NCBI RefSeq assembly: GCF_013315695.1
Contig: NZ_CP054353.1
Length of the DNA stretch: 64,000 nt
Source: Escherichia coli
Lineage (GTDB): Bacteria; Pseudomonadota; Gammaproteobacteria; Enterobacterales; Enterobacteriaceae
Direction: 5' to 3' (one strand)
In this document: piece after piece, positions 10,647 to 20,461 of the stretch
How positions within the stretch are numbered: the stretch's first letter is position 1
How the letters are laid out: every line of letters begins with the position of its first letter
Program-made: the position numbers and the translations under genes
Notes under the pieces: generated by a model
Seen by the model: only the letters and a program-made list of their open reading frames with translations
Told to the model about the DNA's origin: nothing
Databases searched by the model: none

Positions 10647-10970
10647 TCACCCACAAAGCGTATAATTTAATAAGCGTCCTAAACCACTGACGGTTTGTGA
10701 TAACGCTTCTTCTACTGCGCCCACCGAGCCATAAATCACCAGCGCGCCGCTAAAACGGTCGAGAAAACCGATATGCACATCGGCGGCTTTCAACGCTAAA
10801 TCACCGGCGATCATCGCCGTTTCTCCGGGAGTTAGCGTCATAATGCCAATTGCGCCCGCATCCGGAACGCCGATTTTCTTCGCCAGTTCCTCGCCGGGAT
10901 GCGCGATGAGATGCGCCAGTGTGACCTGTTTACCGGGCACAAATTCCTGAATGATGCGTTCTTTATCCAT
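10647..10970 (-). CDS. eutS: Microcompartment shell protein EutS, 3' end altered by IS1 (ends ...NYTLCG; stop lies inside IS1)
   Basis: Starts [15 protein letters not shown]...; reading frame runs into the IS1 right end; deleting IS1 plus one TSD copy restores ...LCEMTKS followed by TAA (rc of 9858-9860). Confidence 0.85.
10652..10660. repeat. Right copy of 9-bp target-site duplication CACAAAGCG flanking IS1
   Basis: Identical to 9875-9883. Confidence 0.9.
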
Positions 10971-11335
10971 GAGTCGCCGCCTGTGAAAAACTTTCGTGTA
11001 TCGTGACAATTTTTCGTCAGAGTAAATAACAAAATTCGGCAAGCGCGTTTAAAAGGTGAGGTAGATCACGAACAATGGGGAAAATACTTTATGCAAAGAA
11101 AATCACATACATCACATGAATACAAACAGGAGTCGATAAGTTTTATTTATCATATGTTACCCACCCCATTTTTAATGGTTCTTCGCATAACCCTATGTAG
11201 CATTTATAATAATTATCAGAATACATATCCCATGAACTGTTGTATTCTGAAAATATTATTATACTCACCCCATTTAAGGTACAACATAAACGATGAGTTT
11301 ATTCAGGGCATAAAAGAAATGGATGGATACCTGTA

Positions 11336-12406
11336 ATGAAAATTCACTACCTTGTCACCACTCTCGAAACGGGAGGCGCTGAATTTGCGATTCCTGATAT
11401 TGTGACTACTCTACAAGATCTTGGTCATGAGGTGAAAATTTATGTATGTGAACCCCGAGATATGGGCGCGGCACCGCGTCTGAAAGCGGCCGGTTTATCC
11501 TGGTGTTTATTATCAAATCGGCGGCGTTCTGTTCCAGTGCTTGTCGGTGCTTATCTGGCAAAAATCATTTACGACAAACCCGATCTCATCTGGACTTCGT
11601 TAAGTTGGGGGACGCGTATTGGACAATGGGGCGGCCGACTTATGGGCATTCCGGTTATCAGTTTTAAACATAGCGCCAGCGTAAAACCAGCAACCTGGCG
11701 TATGCGCAGCATGTCACGTTTATGGATTGGCGATTCTGCAACCGTAACTCAATACCTGCATGAAACCATGCGGATCCCGAAGCAACAAGTGATGTGCTGG
11801 CCTTTTTTTCAGGCTAATCCGCAAGCTGCTCAAGCGAAAAAGTGGGACGGGGTATCAGTTTTACAATTAGGCACCGTTGGTCGCCTGCATGAAGTTAAAA
11901 ATTACGCAGGATTAATTACTGCACTCGCTTCGTTTGTCGATAAAAACCCGCAATTGCGCTCGCGAATCCGACTAACCCTTCTCGGTGAGGGAGCCGAACA
12001 AGAGGTTTTGAAAAAGACCATAACACAACACGCCATGGAGGATGTAGTTTGTTTAGCGGGGTTTTCTGCGGATATCGAAAATTTTCTTGCCGGATTACAT
12101 GTCTATATCCAAACTTCCCGCTACGAAGGGATGTGCCTCGCCGCACACGAAGCCATGAATGCAGGGCTTGCGATCATTACGCCCCCTGTAGGTGAACTTA
12201 AAGAATCGGTAATTGATGGTCATACCGGCTATATACTTAATGGCGAACTAACTCCAGCACTGGAGGAAGTACTTAACCGTATTTTCAATGAACCCACAGA
12301 ATTACAACACTATGGGCAAAATGCGCGTCAGTATGTATTACAGAAATTCAGCCATGAAAATTTTGTCCAGTCTGCAATCAACATTGTTAATAGACTTATT
12401 CACTGA
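11336..12406 (+). CDS. Uncharacterised GT4-family (GT-B fold, Glycos_transf_1-like) glycosyltransferase, 356 aa, in an AT-rich segment
   Basis: N-terminal LETGGAEF...LGHEV motif and C-terminal E-X7-E motif (YEGMCLAAHEAMNAGLAIITPPVGELKESVIDGHTGYIL); about 42% GC over the first 120 nt by manual count; no counterpart in K-12 gene order as recalled. Confidence 0.8.
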   Translation: MKIHYLVTTLETGGAEFAIPDIVTTLQDLGHEVKIYVCEPRDMGAAPRLKAAGLSWCLLSNRRRSVPVLVGAYLAKIIYDKPDLIWTSLSWGTRIGQWGGRLMGIPVISFKHSASVKPATWRMRSMSRLWIGDSATVTQYLHETMRIPKQQVMCWPFFQANPQAAQAKKWDGVSVLQLGTVGRLHEVKNYAGLITALASFVDKNPQLRSRIRLTLLGEGAEQEVLKKTITQHAMEDVVCLAGFSADIENFLAGLHVYIQTSRYEGMCLAAHEAMNAGLAIITPPVGELKESVIDGHTGYILNGELTPALEEVLNRIFNEPTELQHYGQNARQYVLQKFSHENFVQSAINIVNRLIH

Positions 12407-12410
12407 ATAA

Positions 12411-12445
12411 GGCAGTAAAAAGGCATTTTTTGGTACTGCCTTTTC
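12411..12445 (+). terminator. Putative intrinsic terminator of the glycosyltransferase gene
   Basis: GGCAGTAAAAA / TTTTTGGTACTGCC stem followed by TTTT, 5 nt after the stop. Confidence 0.5.
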
Positions 12446-12949
12446 ACCGAATACTATGGTTATCGTACTTGTCGTGGCGATGGGAAAAGTCGTTACAGTT
12501 TTCATTCCCTTGCATAGCCGTGACGCCCCCTTTTCACACACAAAGAAAATGGTGGATGTTTTATACTCCTCCACCACCAAAGGCAGTCAAGATGGATAAG
12601 TTAATGCTCGCCCATGCCCCCAATTTATGGGCCATGGAAAAACGTCTTGCAAACAGCTGTGTACGGGAATAATAGCAGTGCGGGTATGAGCAAGACATTA
12701 TTTTATCATGACGGGCAAAATTGCAGCCGGACCTAGGGCGGTGCATTGCAGATGCTGAAACTGGACCCGCTATGTTTATTATCTCCAGAATTTAATGCGT
12801 CTGGAAGTACCTACAACTGCTGCGCCTTTTATTGATGGCATGCATACGCTTTCTGGTGTTGGCGACGTTACATTCATGATGCCTGGCTACAACTTAAGGG
12901 CTCGCCTCAGCAATTCTGAGTGGATGTACAGCGGCGTATACAGAAGTGG

Positions 12950-12988
12950 GTCAGCAAAACCGCTTACCCCGAATAAACAGGGTAAGCG
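12950..12988 (-). terminator. Putative intrinsic terminator of maeB
   Basis: Perfect 9-bp stem CGCTTACCC/GGGTAAGCG just 3' of the maeB stop, followed on the minus strand by GUUUUG. Confidence 0.5.
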
Positions 12989-13005
12989 TGATTTAAAGGA
13001 ATGAA

Positions 13006-15285
13006 TTACAGCGGTTGGGTTTGCGCTTCTACCACGGCCAGCGCCACCATGTTGACGATACGACGTACCGATGCGATCGGCGTTAACACGTGAACCGGTT
13101 TCGCCACGCCCATCAGCACCGGACCGACTGTCACACCTTCCGAGCTGGAAACGCGCAGTAAGTTGTAACTAATGCGGGCAGCTTCCATGTTCGGCATCAC
13201 CAGAATATTAGCGGAACCTTTCAAAGGGCTGTCCGGCATACGGTCGTTGCGAATCGCTTCCACCAGCGCTGCATCGCCGTGCATTTCACCATCAATCATC
13301 AGTTCTGGCGCACGTTCCCTGACCAGTTCCAGCGCCTGACGCATTTTGCTCGACGACGGGCAGTCAGAAGAACCAAAGTTGGAGTGCGACAACAGAGCCA
13401 CACGCGGTTCAATACCAAAACGACGAACAGTTTCTGCCGCCATCAAGGTGATCTCCGCCAGCTCTTCTGCATCAGGCTCATCATTGACGTAGGTATCGGC
13501 AATAAAGGTGTTACCACTCGGCAACAGCAGCGCGTTCATGGCACCTGCGGTGTGAACGCCATCGCGATAACCAAAGACATTTTTCACCACGCTAAAGTGT
13601 TCATGATAATCGCCCACCGTACCGCAAATCATTGCATCGGCTTCGCCACGCTGAACCATGATCGCGCCGATCACTGTCGGGTTACTGATCAGCGCACGCT
13701 GCGCCTGCTCCTGAGTGACACCGCGACGCTTCATGATCTGGAAGTATTCGGTCCAGTACTCTTTAAAGCGCGGATCGGATTCGTTATTGACGATCTCAAA
13801 ATCAACACCCGCTTTGATCTGCAAGCCCAGTTTCTGAATGCGCATTTCGATCACGTTCGGACGACCAATAAGGATCGGTTTCGCCAGTCCCAGCGTTACC
13901 AGTTCCTGAGTGGCATGCAGAACGCGCGCCTCTTCCCCTTCCGGCAGAACGACGCGCTTCGGCGCTTTGCGAGCCTGGGAGAAAATCGGCTTCATAAACA
14001 GGTTGGTTTTGTAAACGAACTCCGTCAGCTTGTCGATGTAGACGTCGAAATCAGCAATCGGACGCGTCGCCACGCCCGACTCCATCGCGGCTTTAGCGAC
14101 CGCAGGAGCGATCTTAACGATCAAGCGCGGATCAAACGGTTTTGGAATGATGTATTCCGGACCAAAGCTCAGATCCTGATCGCCATAAGCTGAAGCCACC
14201 ACTTCACTCTGTTCCGCATGGGCCAGTTCTGCAATCGCGTGTACCGCCGCCAGTTTCATCTCTTCGTTGATGGCGGTTGCGCCAACGTCCAGCGCGCCAC
14301 GGAAGATGAACGGGAAGCAAAGCACGTTATTAACCTGGTTCGGGTAGTCGGAACGGCCGGTACAGATGATGGCATCCGGACGCACTTCTTTCGCCAGCGG
14401 CGGCAGAATTTCTGGTTCCGGGTTCGCAAGCGCCAGGATCATCGGCGCACGAGCCATTTTCTTCACCATTTCCTGGGTCAGCACTTTCGGGCCGGAACAA
14501 CCCAGGAAAATATCCGCGCCTTCAATCACATCATCGAGGGTACGTTTGCCGTCATCCACTACCGCATATGCGGCTTTGGTTTCCGCCATGTTTGGCTCAC
14601 GGCCCTGATAGATAACGCCTTTTGAATCGCAAACCACGATGTTATGTTTTTGCAGCCCCAGCGCCACCAGCAGGTTCATACAGGCGATTGCTGCGGCACC
14701 CGCGCCAGAAACCACCATCCGCACGTCGGAGATGTTTTTCTCCACCACGCGCAAGCCGTTGAGGATGGCGGCAGTGCTGATAATTGCCGTGCCGTGCTGA
14801 TCGTCGTGGAATACCGGAATATTCATCCGCTCGCGCAGTTTCTGTTCAATATAGAAACATTCTGGCGCTTTAATGTCTTCGAGGTTGATGCCGCCGAAGG
14901 TCGGTTCGAGCGCAGCGACGACTTCAATAAATTTGTCCGGGTCGAGTTCATCAACTTCAATGTCAAATACATCAATCCCGGCGAATTTCTTAAACAGAAC
15001 ACCCTTGCCTTCCATCACCGGTTTGCCTGCCAGCGCGCCAATGTTGCCTAACCCCAGCACTGCCGTACCGTTAGAGATCACCGCTACCAGGTTACCGCGC
15101 GCGGTATATTTGTAGGCTTTTAACGGGTCTTTTTCGATTTCAAGACAAGGTGCGGCAACGCCTGGTGAGTAGGCCAGCGCCAGATCGCGCTGCGTTGCCA
15201 GAGGCTTGGTTGGAGAAACCTGGATTTTCCCTGGAACTGGAAATTCATGGAAATCAAGTGCACTTTGTTTTAACTGGTCATCCAT
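13006..15285 (-). CDS. maeB: NADP-dependent malic enzyme MaeB (malic enzyme plus PTA-like domain), 759 aa
   Basis: 759-aa [26 protein letters not shown]...; the + strand ORFs inside it are antisense artefacts. Confidence 0.95.
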   Translation of the reverse strand: MDDQLKQSALDFHEFPVPGKIQVSPTKPLATQRDLALAYSPGVAAPCLEIEKDPLKAYKYTARGNLVAVISNGTAVLGLGNIGALAGKPVMEGKGVLFKKFAGIDVFDIEVDELDPDKFIEVVAALEPTFGGINLEDIKAPECFYIEQKLRERMNIPVFHDDQHGTAIISTAAILNGLRVVEKNISDVRMVVSGAGAAAIACMNLLVALGLQKHNIVVCDSKGVIYQGREPNMAETKAAYAVVDDGKRTLDDVIEGADIFLGCSGPKVLTQEMVKKMARAPMILALANPEPEILPPLAKEVRPDAIICTGRSDYPNQVNNVLCFPFIFRGALDVGATAINEEMKLAAVHAIAELAHAEQSEVVASAYGDQDLSFGPEYIIPKPFDPRLIVKIAPAVAKAAMESGVATRPIADFDVYIDKLTEFVYKTNLFMKPIFSQARKAPKRVVLPEGEEARVLHATQELVTLGLAKPILIGRPNVIEMRIQKLGLQIKAGVDFEIVNNESDPRFKEYWTEYFQIMKRRGVTQEQAQRALISNPTVIGAIMVQRGEADAMICGTVGDYHEHFSVVKNVFGYRDGVHTAGAMNALLLPSGNTFIADTYVNDEPDAEELAEITLMAAETVRRFGIEPRVALLSHSNFGSSDCPSSSKMRQALELVRERAPELMIDGEMHGDAALVEAIRNDRMPDSPLKGSANILVMPNMEAARISYNLLRVSSSEGVTVGPVLMGVAKPVHVLTPIASVRRIVNMVALAVVEAQTQPL

Positions 15286-15573
15286 TTGGTTGTTCCTTTC
15301 ACGTAACGTTCACAAATAAAGTGTGTGGGCAACAGCCCCTGCCCACAACGTGGCGCACATTATTACCTTGCCGGAGTCTACAGACTTTGAGCAAGTCCAA
15401 ACTCTCACCATTAATATAATGTTTTGGTAATAATCCTATAACACTGATGTTACCTGCTTAATCCAGCAATACCATGCCTGTCTGCTATGCTTTTTTGATG
15501 CGTTTAGCGAAATTTCTCAGAAGTGTGAATTAACGCACTCATCTAACACTTTACTTTTCAAGGAGTATTTCCT

Positions 15574-16524
15574 ATGAACGAGTTAGACGGCATCAAACAG
15601 TTCACCACTGTCGTGGCAGACAGCGGCGATATTGAGTCCATTCGCCATTATCATCCCCAGGATGCCACCACCAATCCTTCGCTGTTACTCAAGGCTGCCG
15701 GATTATCACAATATGAGCATTTAATAGACGATGCTATCGCCTGGGGTAAAAAAAATGGCAAGACCCAGGAACAACAGGTGGTCGCTGCATGTGACAAACT
15801 GGCGGTCAATTTCGGTACTGAAATTCTCAAAATCGTACCCGGTCGCGTGTCAACAGAAGTTGATGCTCGCCTCTCTTTTGATAAAGAAAAAAGTATTGAG
15901 AAGGCGCGCCATTTGGTGGACTTGTATCAGCAACAAGGCGTTGAGAAATCACGTATTCTGATCAAGCTGGCTTCAACCTGGGAAGGAATTCGCGCGGCAG
16001 AAGAACTGGAAAAAGAAGGTATTAACTGCAACCTGACGCTACTGTTTTCTTTTGCTCAGGCGCGGGCCTGTGCAGAAGCAGGCGTTTTTCTGATTTCGCC
16101 GTTTGTCGGGCGTATTTATGACTGGTATCAGGCGCGTAAGCCGATGGACCCGTATGTGGTGGAAGAAGATCCAGGCGTTAAATCAGTACGCAATATCTAC
16201 GACTACTATAAGCAACACCACTATGAAACCATTGTGATGGGCGCGAGTTTCCGTCGCACCGAACAAATCCTCGCCTTAACCGGCTGCGATCGACTGACTA
16301 TCGCACCGAATTTGCTAAAGGAGCTGCAGGAAAAAGTTTCGCCAGTGGTACGTAAATTAATCCCACCTTCTCAGACGTTCCCACGCCCAGCTCCCATGAG
16401 CGAAGCGGAGTTCCGTTGGGAGCACAATCAGGATGCAATGGCGGTAGAAAAACTGTCTGAAGGCATTCGTCTGTTCGCCGTTGATCAACGCAAACTGGAA
16501 GATCTTCTTGCCGCCAAACTATAA
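15574..16524 (+). CDS. talA: Transaldolase A
   Basis: 316-aa [26 protein letters not shown]..., transaldolase family. Confidence 0.95.
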   Translation: MNELDGIKQFTTVVADSGDIESIRHYHPQDATTNPSLLLKAAGLSQYEHLIDDAIAWGKKNGKTQEQQVVAACDKLAVNFGTEILKIVPGRVSTEVDARLSFDKEKSIEKARHLVDLYQQQGVEKSRILIKLASTWEGIRAAEELEKEGINCNLTLLFSFAQARACAEAGVFLISPFVGRIYDWYQARKPMDPYVVEEDPGVKSVRNIYDYYKQHHYETIVMGASFRRTEQILALTGCDRLTIAPNLLKELQEKVSPVVRKLIPPSQTFPRPAPMSEAEFRWEHNQDAMAVEKLSEGIRLFAVDQRKLEDLLAAKL

Positions 16525-16543
16525 ACCAGCCACGGAGTGTTAT

Positions 16544-18547
16544 ATGTCCCGAAAAGACCTTGCCAATGCGATTCGCGCACTCAGTATGGATGCGGTACAA
16601 AAAGCCAATTCTGGTCATCCCGGCGCGCCGATGGGCATGGCTGATATTGCCGAAGTGCTGTGGAACGATTTTCTTAAACATAATCCTACCGACCCAACCT
16701 GGTATGATCGCGACCGCTTTATTCTTTCCAACGGTCACGCGTCGATGCTGCTCTACAGTTTGCTGCATCTGACCGGTTACGACCTGCCGCTGGAAGAACT
16801 GAAGAACTTCCGTCAGTTGCATTCGAAAACCCCTGGTCACCCGGAAATCGGCTATACGCCTGGTGTTGAAACCACCACCGGTCCACTTGGACAAGGTTTG
16901 GCGAACGCCGTCGGGCTGGCGATAGCAGAGCGTACGCTGGCGGCGCAGTTTAACCAGCCAGATCATGAAATTGTCGATCACTTCACCTATGTGTTTATGG
17001 GCGACGGCTGCCTGATGGAAGGTATTTCCCACGAAGTCTGTTCGCTGGCGGGCACGCTGGGACTGGGCAAGCTGATTGGTTTTTACGATCACAACGGTAT
17101 TTCCATCGACGGTGAAACCGAAGGCTGGTTTACCGACGATACAGCAAAACGTTTTGAAGCCTATCACTGGCATGTGATCCACGAGATCGACGGTCACGAT
17201 CCGCAGGCGGTGAAGGAAGCGATCCTTGAAGCGCAAAGCGTGAAAGATAAGCCGTCGCTGATTATCTGCCGTACGGTGATTGGCTTTGGTTCGCCGAATA
17301 AAGCAGGTAAGGAAGAGGCGCACGGCGCACCACTGGGGGAAGAAGAAGTGGCGCTGGCACGGCAAAAACTGGGCTGGCACCATCCGCCATTTGAGATCCC
17401 TAAAGAGATTTATCACGCCTGGGATGCCCGCGAAAAAGGCGAAAAAGCGCAGCAGAGCTGGAATGAGAAGTTTGCCGCCTATAAAAAGGCTCATCCGCAA
17501 CTGGCAGAAGAGTTTACCCGTCGGATGAGCGGTGGTTTACCGAAGGACTGGGAGAAAACGACTCAGAAATATATCAATGAGTTGCAGGCGAATCCGGCGA
17601 AAATCGCTACCCGTAAGGCTTCGCAAAATACGCTTAACGCTTACGGGCCTATGCTACCGGAGCTGCTCGGCGGTTCGGCGGATCTGGCTCCCAGCAACCT
17701 GACCATCTGGAAAGGTTCTGTTTCGCTGAAGGAAGATCCGGCGGGCAACTACATTCACTACGGGGTGCGTGAATTTGGCATGACCGCTATCGCCAACGGC
17801 ATTGCGCACCACGGCGGCTTTGTGCCGTATACCGCGACGTTCCTGATGTTTGTTGAATACGCCCGTAACGCCGCGCGGATGGCGGCACTGATGAAAGCGC
17901 GGCAGATTATGGTTTATACCCACGACTCAATTGGCCTGGGCGAAGATGGTCCTACGCACCAGGCTGTTGAGCAACTGGCCAGTCTGCGCTTAACGCCAAA
18001 TTTCAGCACCTGGCGACCGTGCGATCAGGTGGAAGCAGCGGTGGGCTGGAAGCTGGCGGTTGAGCGCCACAACGGACCGACGGCACTGATCCTCTCCAGG
18101 CAGAATCTGGCCCAGGTGGAACGTACGCCGGATCAGGTTAAAGAGATTGCTCGTGGTGGTTATGTGTTGAAAGACAGCGGCGGTAAGCCAGATATTATTT
18201 TGATTGCCACCGGTTCAGAGATGGAAATCACCCTGCAAGCGGCAGAGAAATTAGCGGGAGAAGGTCGCAATGTACGCGTAGTTTCCCTGCCCTCGACCGA
18301 TATTTTCGACGCCCAGGATGAGGAATATCGGGAGTCGGTGTTGCCTTCTAACGTTGCGGCTCGCGTAGCGGTGGAAGCAGGCATCGCCGATTACTGGTAC
18401 AAGTATGTTGGTCTGAAAGGGGCAATTGTCGGGATGACGGGTTACGGGGAATCTGCTCCGGCGGATAAGCTGTTCCCGTTCTTTGGCTTTACCGCCGAGA
18501 ATATTGTGGCAAAAGCGCATAAGGTGCTGGGAGTGAAAGGTGCCTGA
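16544..18547 (+). CDS. tktB: Transketolase 2
   Basis: 667-aa product from ATG 16544 ([27 protein letters not shown]...), SD GGAG upstream; the track ORF is extended upstream. Confidence 0.95.
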   Translation: MSRKDLANAIRALSMDAVQKANSGHPGAPMGMADIAEVLWNDFLKHNPTDPTWYDRDRFILSNGHASMLLYSLLHLTGYDLPLEELKNFRQLHSKTPGHPEIGYTPGVETTTGPLGQGLANAVGLAIAERTLAAQFNQPDHEIVDHFTYVFMGDGCLMEGISHEVCSLAGTLGLGKLIGFYDHNGISIDGETEGWFTDDTAKRFEAYHWHVIHEIDGHDPQAVKEAILEAQSVKDKPSLIICRTVIGFGSPNKAGKEEAHGAPLGEEEVALARQKLGWHHPPFEIPKEIYHAWDAREKGEKAQQSWNEKFAAYKKAHPQLAEEFTRRMSGGLPKDWEKTTQKYINELQANPAKIATRKASQNTLNAYGPMLPELLGGSADLAPSNLTIWKGSVSLKEDPAGNYIHYGVREFGMTAIANGIAHHGGFVPYTATFLMFVEYARNAARMAALMKARQIMVYTHDSIGLGEDGPTHQAVEQLASLRLTPNFSTWRPCDQVEAAVGWKLAVERHNGPTALILSRQNLAQVERTPDQVKEIARGGYVLKDSGGKPDIILIATGSEMEITLQAAEKLAGEGRNVRVVSLPSTDIFDAQDEEYRESVLPSNVAARVAVEAGIADYWYKYVGLKGAIVGMTGYGESAPADKLFPFFGFTAENIVAKAHKVLGVKGA

Positions 18548-18649
18548 TGGTGATCGCCGGATGCTGTATGTTCCCCTAACCCTAACCCTCTCCCCAGAGG
18601 GGCGAGGAGACAGTCTGTGCGCTTTTTAGGGGCGCATCTGGGATTTTGT

Positions 18650-19693
18650 TTAACGGGTGATCCACAACGTGGGCCAGGCGTCTGGCCCATGCCAGTTATC
18701 GCAGGTGGGTTCTGCGGCGTAACGCACCAGGCGAAAACGCTGACCGTCAAAGCGCCAGCGCGCCTGAATGCCACAATCGCTTAATCCGCGCCCTTTCGCT
18801 AAGGTCACCAGTTCACGCGATTTCTCATCAAATGTTGCGTTCATCAGTTCCAGTTCATTCGTCTCCTGACCGTTGTTGAACGGCAAACGCAACCGAACCG
18901 GGCGCGAGGCTAGCGGCTTTTTACGCGACACAATCCATGCCAAATCAATGGTGTTATAGGCCCCTGCCTCACAGCTAATCATCATCAGTGCTTTATCATC
19001 GGTCAGCGCAGTGACATTCACCTCACGACGTAACGGATCAAGCGAGCAGCGCAGACCATTCATCCGCCAGTTTCCATAATCCAGCAAATCGTTGCGTTCT
19101 TCGAGTGAGAGTGGCGTCGGCGTTGGGTTAACCACCGCGACCTCTTTCAGCGCAGGCGCGGGCGGTACGCTGAGCGGCGGTTCGTCCCCTTTCTTTATCC
19201 ACGCGGTTTCACTGCCAACGCGCTTTTGCTGAGCATCAATAAACAACAACGCCGCTTTTAAGCCATTCAGAGAAATGGTCTGATTGCCATCGCGTAAGGT
19301 GATTGCCTTCCCTTCCTGAATCAGCTGCAAAAACGCGGTGATGGTTGCCGTATCATCGGTTACTAGTAACCATGGTGAAATCCGCCACTTGTCACCACTT
19401 AACGCCAACGGCTCACCATCTAACAGCAGCCGTGGCGCTATCTCCCCTTCAGACGCATCCGGCGACTTCAACCCGCCGCGCTCAATACGTAAAACGGCAT
19501 CGGTATGCGCCCCGGCGCTGCGGCTCAGGGTCATCACCAGTCCGTTATGATCGCCCGTATTACGTGCCACGCAGAAGTTTTGGTTATTACAGGTGACCTG
19601 CCAGTCGGAAAACGCCCGTTGCGCTGGTGCCGCCCACACCAAAGACGTCGGCAACAAAGCGAAAAAAAAGAGAAGGAAAATGCGATAGCGCAT
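18650..19693 (-). CDS. ypfG: YpfG, periplasmic DUF1176-family protein with signal peptide
   Basis: 347-aa ORF with N-terminal hydrophobic leader MRYRIFLLFFFALLPTSLVWA. Confidence 0.85.
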   Translation of the reverse strand: MRYRIFLLFFFALLPTSLVWAAPAQRAFSDWQVTCNNQNFCVARNTGDHNGLVMTLSRSAGAHTDAVLRIERGGLKSPDASEGEIAPRLLLDGEPLALSGDKWRISPWLLVTDDTATITAFLQLIQEGKAITLRDGNQTISLNGLKAALLFIDAQQKRVGSETAWIKKGDEPPLSVPPAPALKEVAVVNPTPTPLSLEERNDLLDYGNWRMNGLRCSLDPLRREVNVTALTDDKALMMISCEAGAYNTIDLAWIVSRKKPLASRPVRLRLPFNNGQETNELELMNATFDEKSRELVTLAKGRGLSDCGIQARWRFDGQRFRLVRYAAEPTCDNWHGPDAWPTLWITR

Positions 19694-19818
19694 GGACGGT
19701 ACGACCCCAGAAGTTCAAACAAACAGCACAAGTCGTATCTTCGTTGCGCAGGTAGCGCGGCTCAATCGGATTTGTCGGATTGAGCCAATAATAAACAACG
19801 AAATATTATTGTTATTTT

Positions 19819-20394
19819 TCAGTCCATTAAATGTGACGTTTGCAAATAGTTAAGCAATAACACCGTCTTACCGTCACGTATCTCGCCGGTTTTAATCATC
19901 TCCAGCGCCTGGCTGAACGGCAGCTCAAGCACTTCAATATCTTCATCTTCGACACCACCACCGGCGTTAGCGCGCTGGCTGTCACTGTATTCGGCGATAA
20001 AAAAGTGGATTAGCTCAGTCACACCGCCAGGCGACATATACAGTTCAAATAATTTGCGCACTTCGCCAACTTCATAGCCCGTCTCTTCAATCGCTTCTTT
20101 GCGAATGCACACTTCCGGTTCGTCGTTATCCAGCAGCCCGGCGCAGGTTTCAATCAGTTGCCCGCTTTCATTGCCATTAACCCAGGTAGCGACGCGGAAC
20201 TGACGAATCAGAACCACGGTCTTTTTCTTCGCGTTGTACAGGAGGATCGTCGCACCATTACCGCGATCGTAAACTTCACGTTTATGGCGGATAACTTCGC
20301 CATCTTTCCGCGTGAGATCGTAGGTAATGTTGTGCAGGGTGAAATAGTTATCGGAGAGAATTTTGTCTTTAATGAGGGTGATTTGTTGCGTCAT
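19819..20394 (-). CDS. nudK: GDP-mannose pyrophosphatase NudK (Nudix hydrolase)
   Basis: 191-aa product from ATG at 20392-20394 ([13 protein letters not shown]...); Nudix box [11 protein letters not shown]. Confidence 0.9.
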   Translation of the reverse strand: MTQQITLIKDKILSDNYFTLHNITYDLTRKDGEVIRHKREVYDRGNGATILLYNAKKKTVVLIRQFRVATWVNGNESGQLIETCAGLLDNDEPEVCIRKEAIEETGYEVGEVRKLFELYMSPGGVTELIHFFIAEYSDSQRANAGGGVEDEDIEVLELPFSQALEMIKTGEIRDGKTVLLLNYLQTSHLMD

Positions 20395-20461
20395 ACCGAC
20401 TCCACAGCGCGAAATGAACAATTATCTTACGCTGTGAAGTCGGGTTTGTCTGCGCAGGCTA

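Larger units (their letters stand above)
9884..10651 (-). mobile_element. IS1: IS1 insertion sequence, complete (768 bp), inserted in the 3' end of eutS
   Basis: Terminal inverted repeats GGTAATGACTCCAACTTATTGAT (left) and ATCAGTAAGTTGGCAGCATCACC (right); InsA and InsB ORFs; length exactly 768 bp; flanked by 9-bp direct repeats. Confidence 0.96.

Noticed and set aside
11091-11336. 81-aa AT-rich ORF ending at the glycosyltransferase start
   Set aside because: Low-complexity translation of an AT-rich promoter-like region, no SD, ends exactly where the GT gene starts; most likely noncoding leader/promoter DNA.
11083-12459. Short similar motifs (AATACTTTATG at 11083-11093, GAATACTATGG at 12449-12459) at the two edges of the glycosyltransferase segment
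   Set aside because: Too short and imperfect to call attachment sites or a target duplication; in AT-rich DNA this level of similarity is expected by chance.
13279-14193. 304-aa + strand ORF
   Set aside because: Antisense to maeB; shadow ORF.
16298-17500. 400-aa - strand ORF
   Set aside because: Antisense to the talA 3' end and tktB 5' half; both sense genes are strongly recognisable, so this is a shadow ORF.
18548-18649. Telomere-like CCCTAACCCTAACCCT run and stacked palindromes between convergent tktB and ypfG
   Set aside because: Only 2.5 hexamer units; most simply the stem-loops of a bidirectional terminator in a convergent gap, so the telomere resemblance is coincidental.
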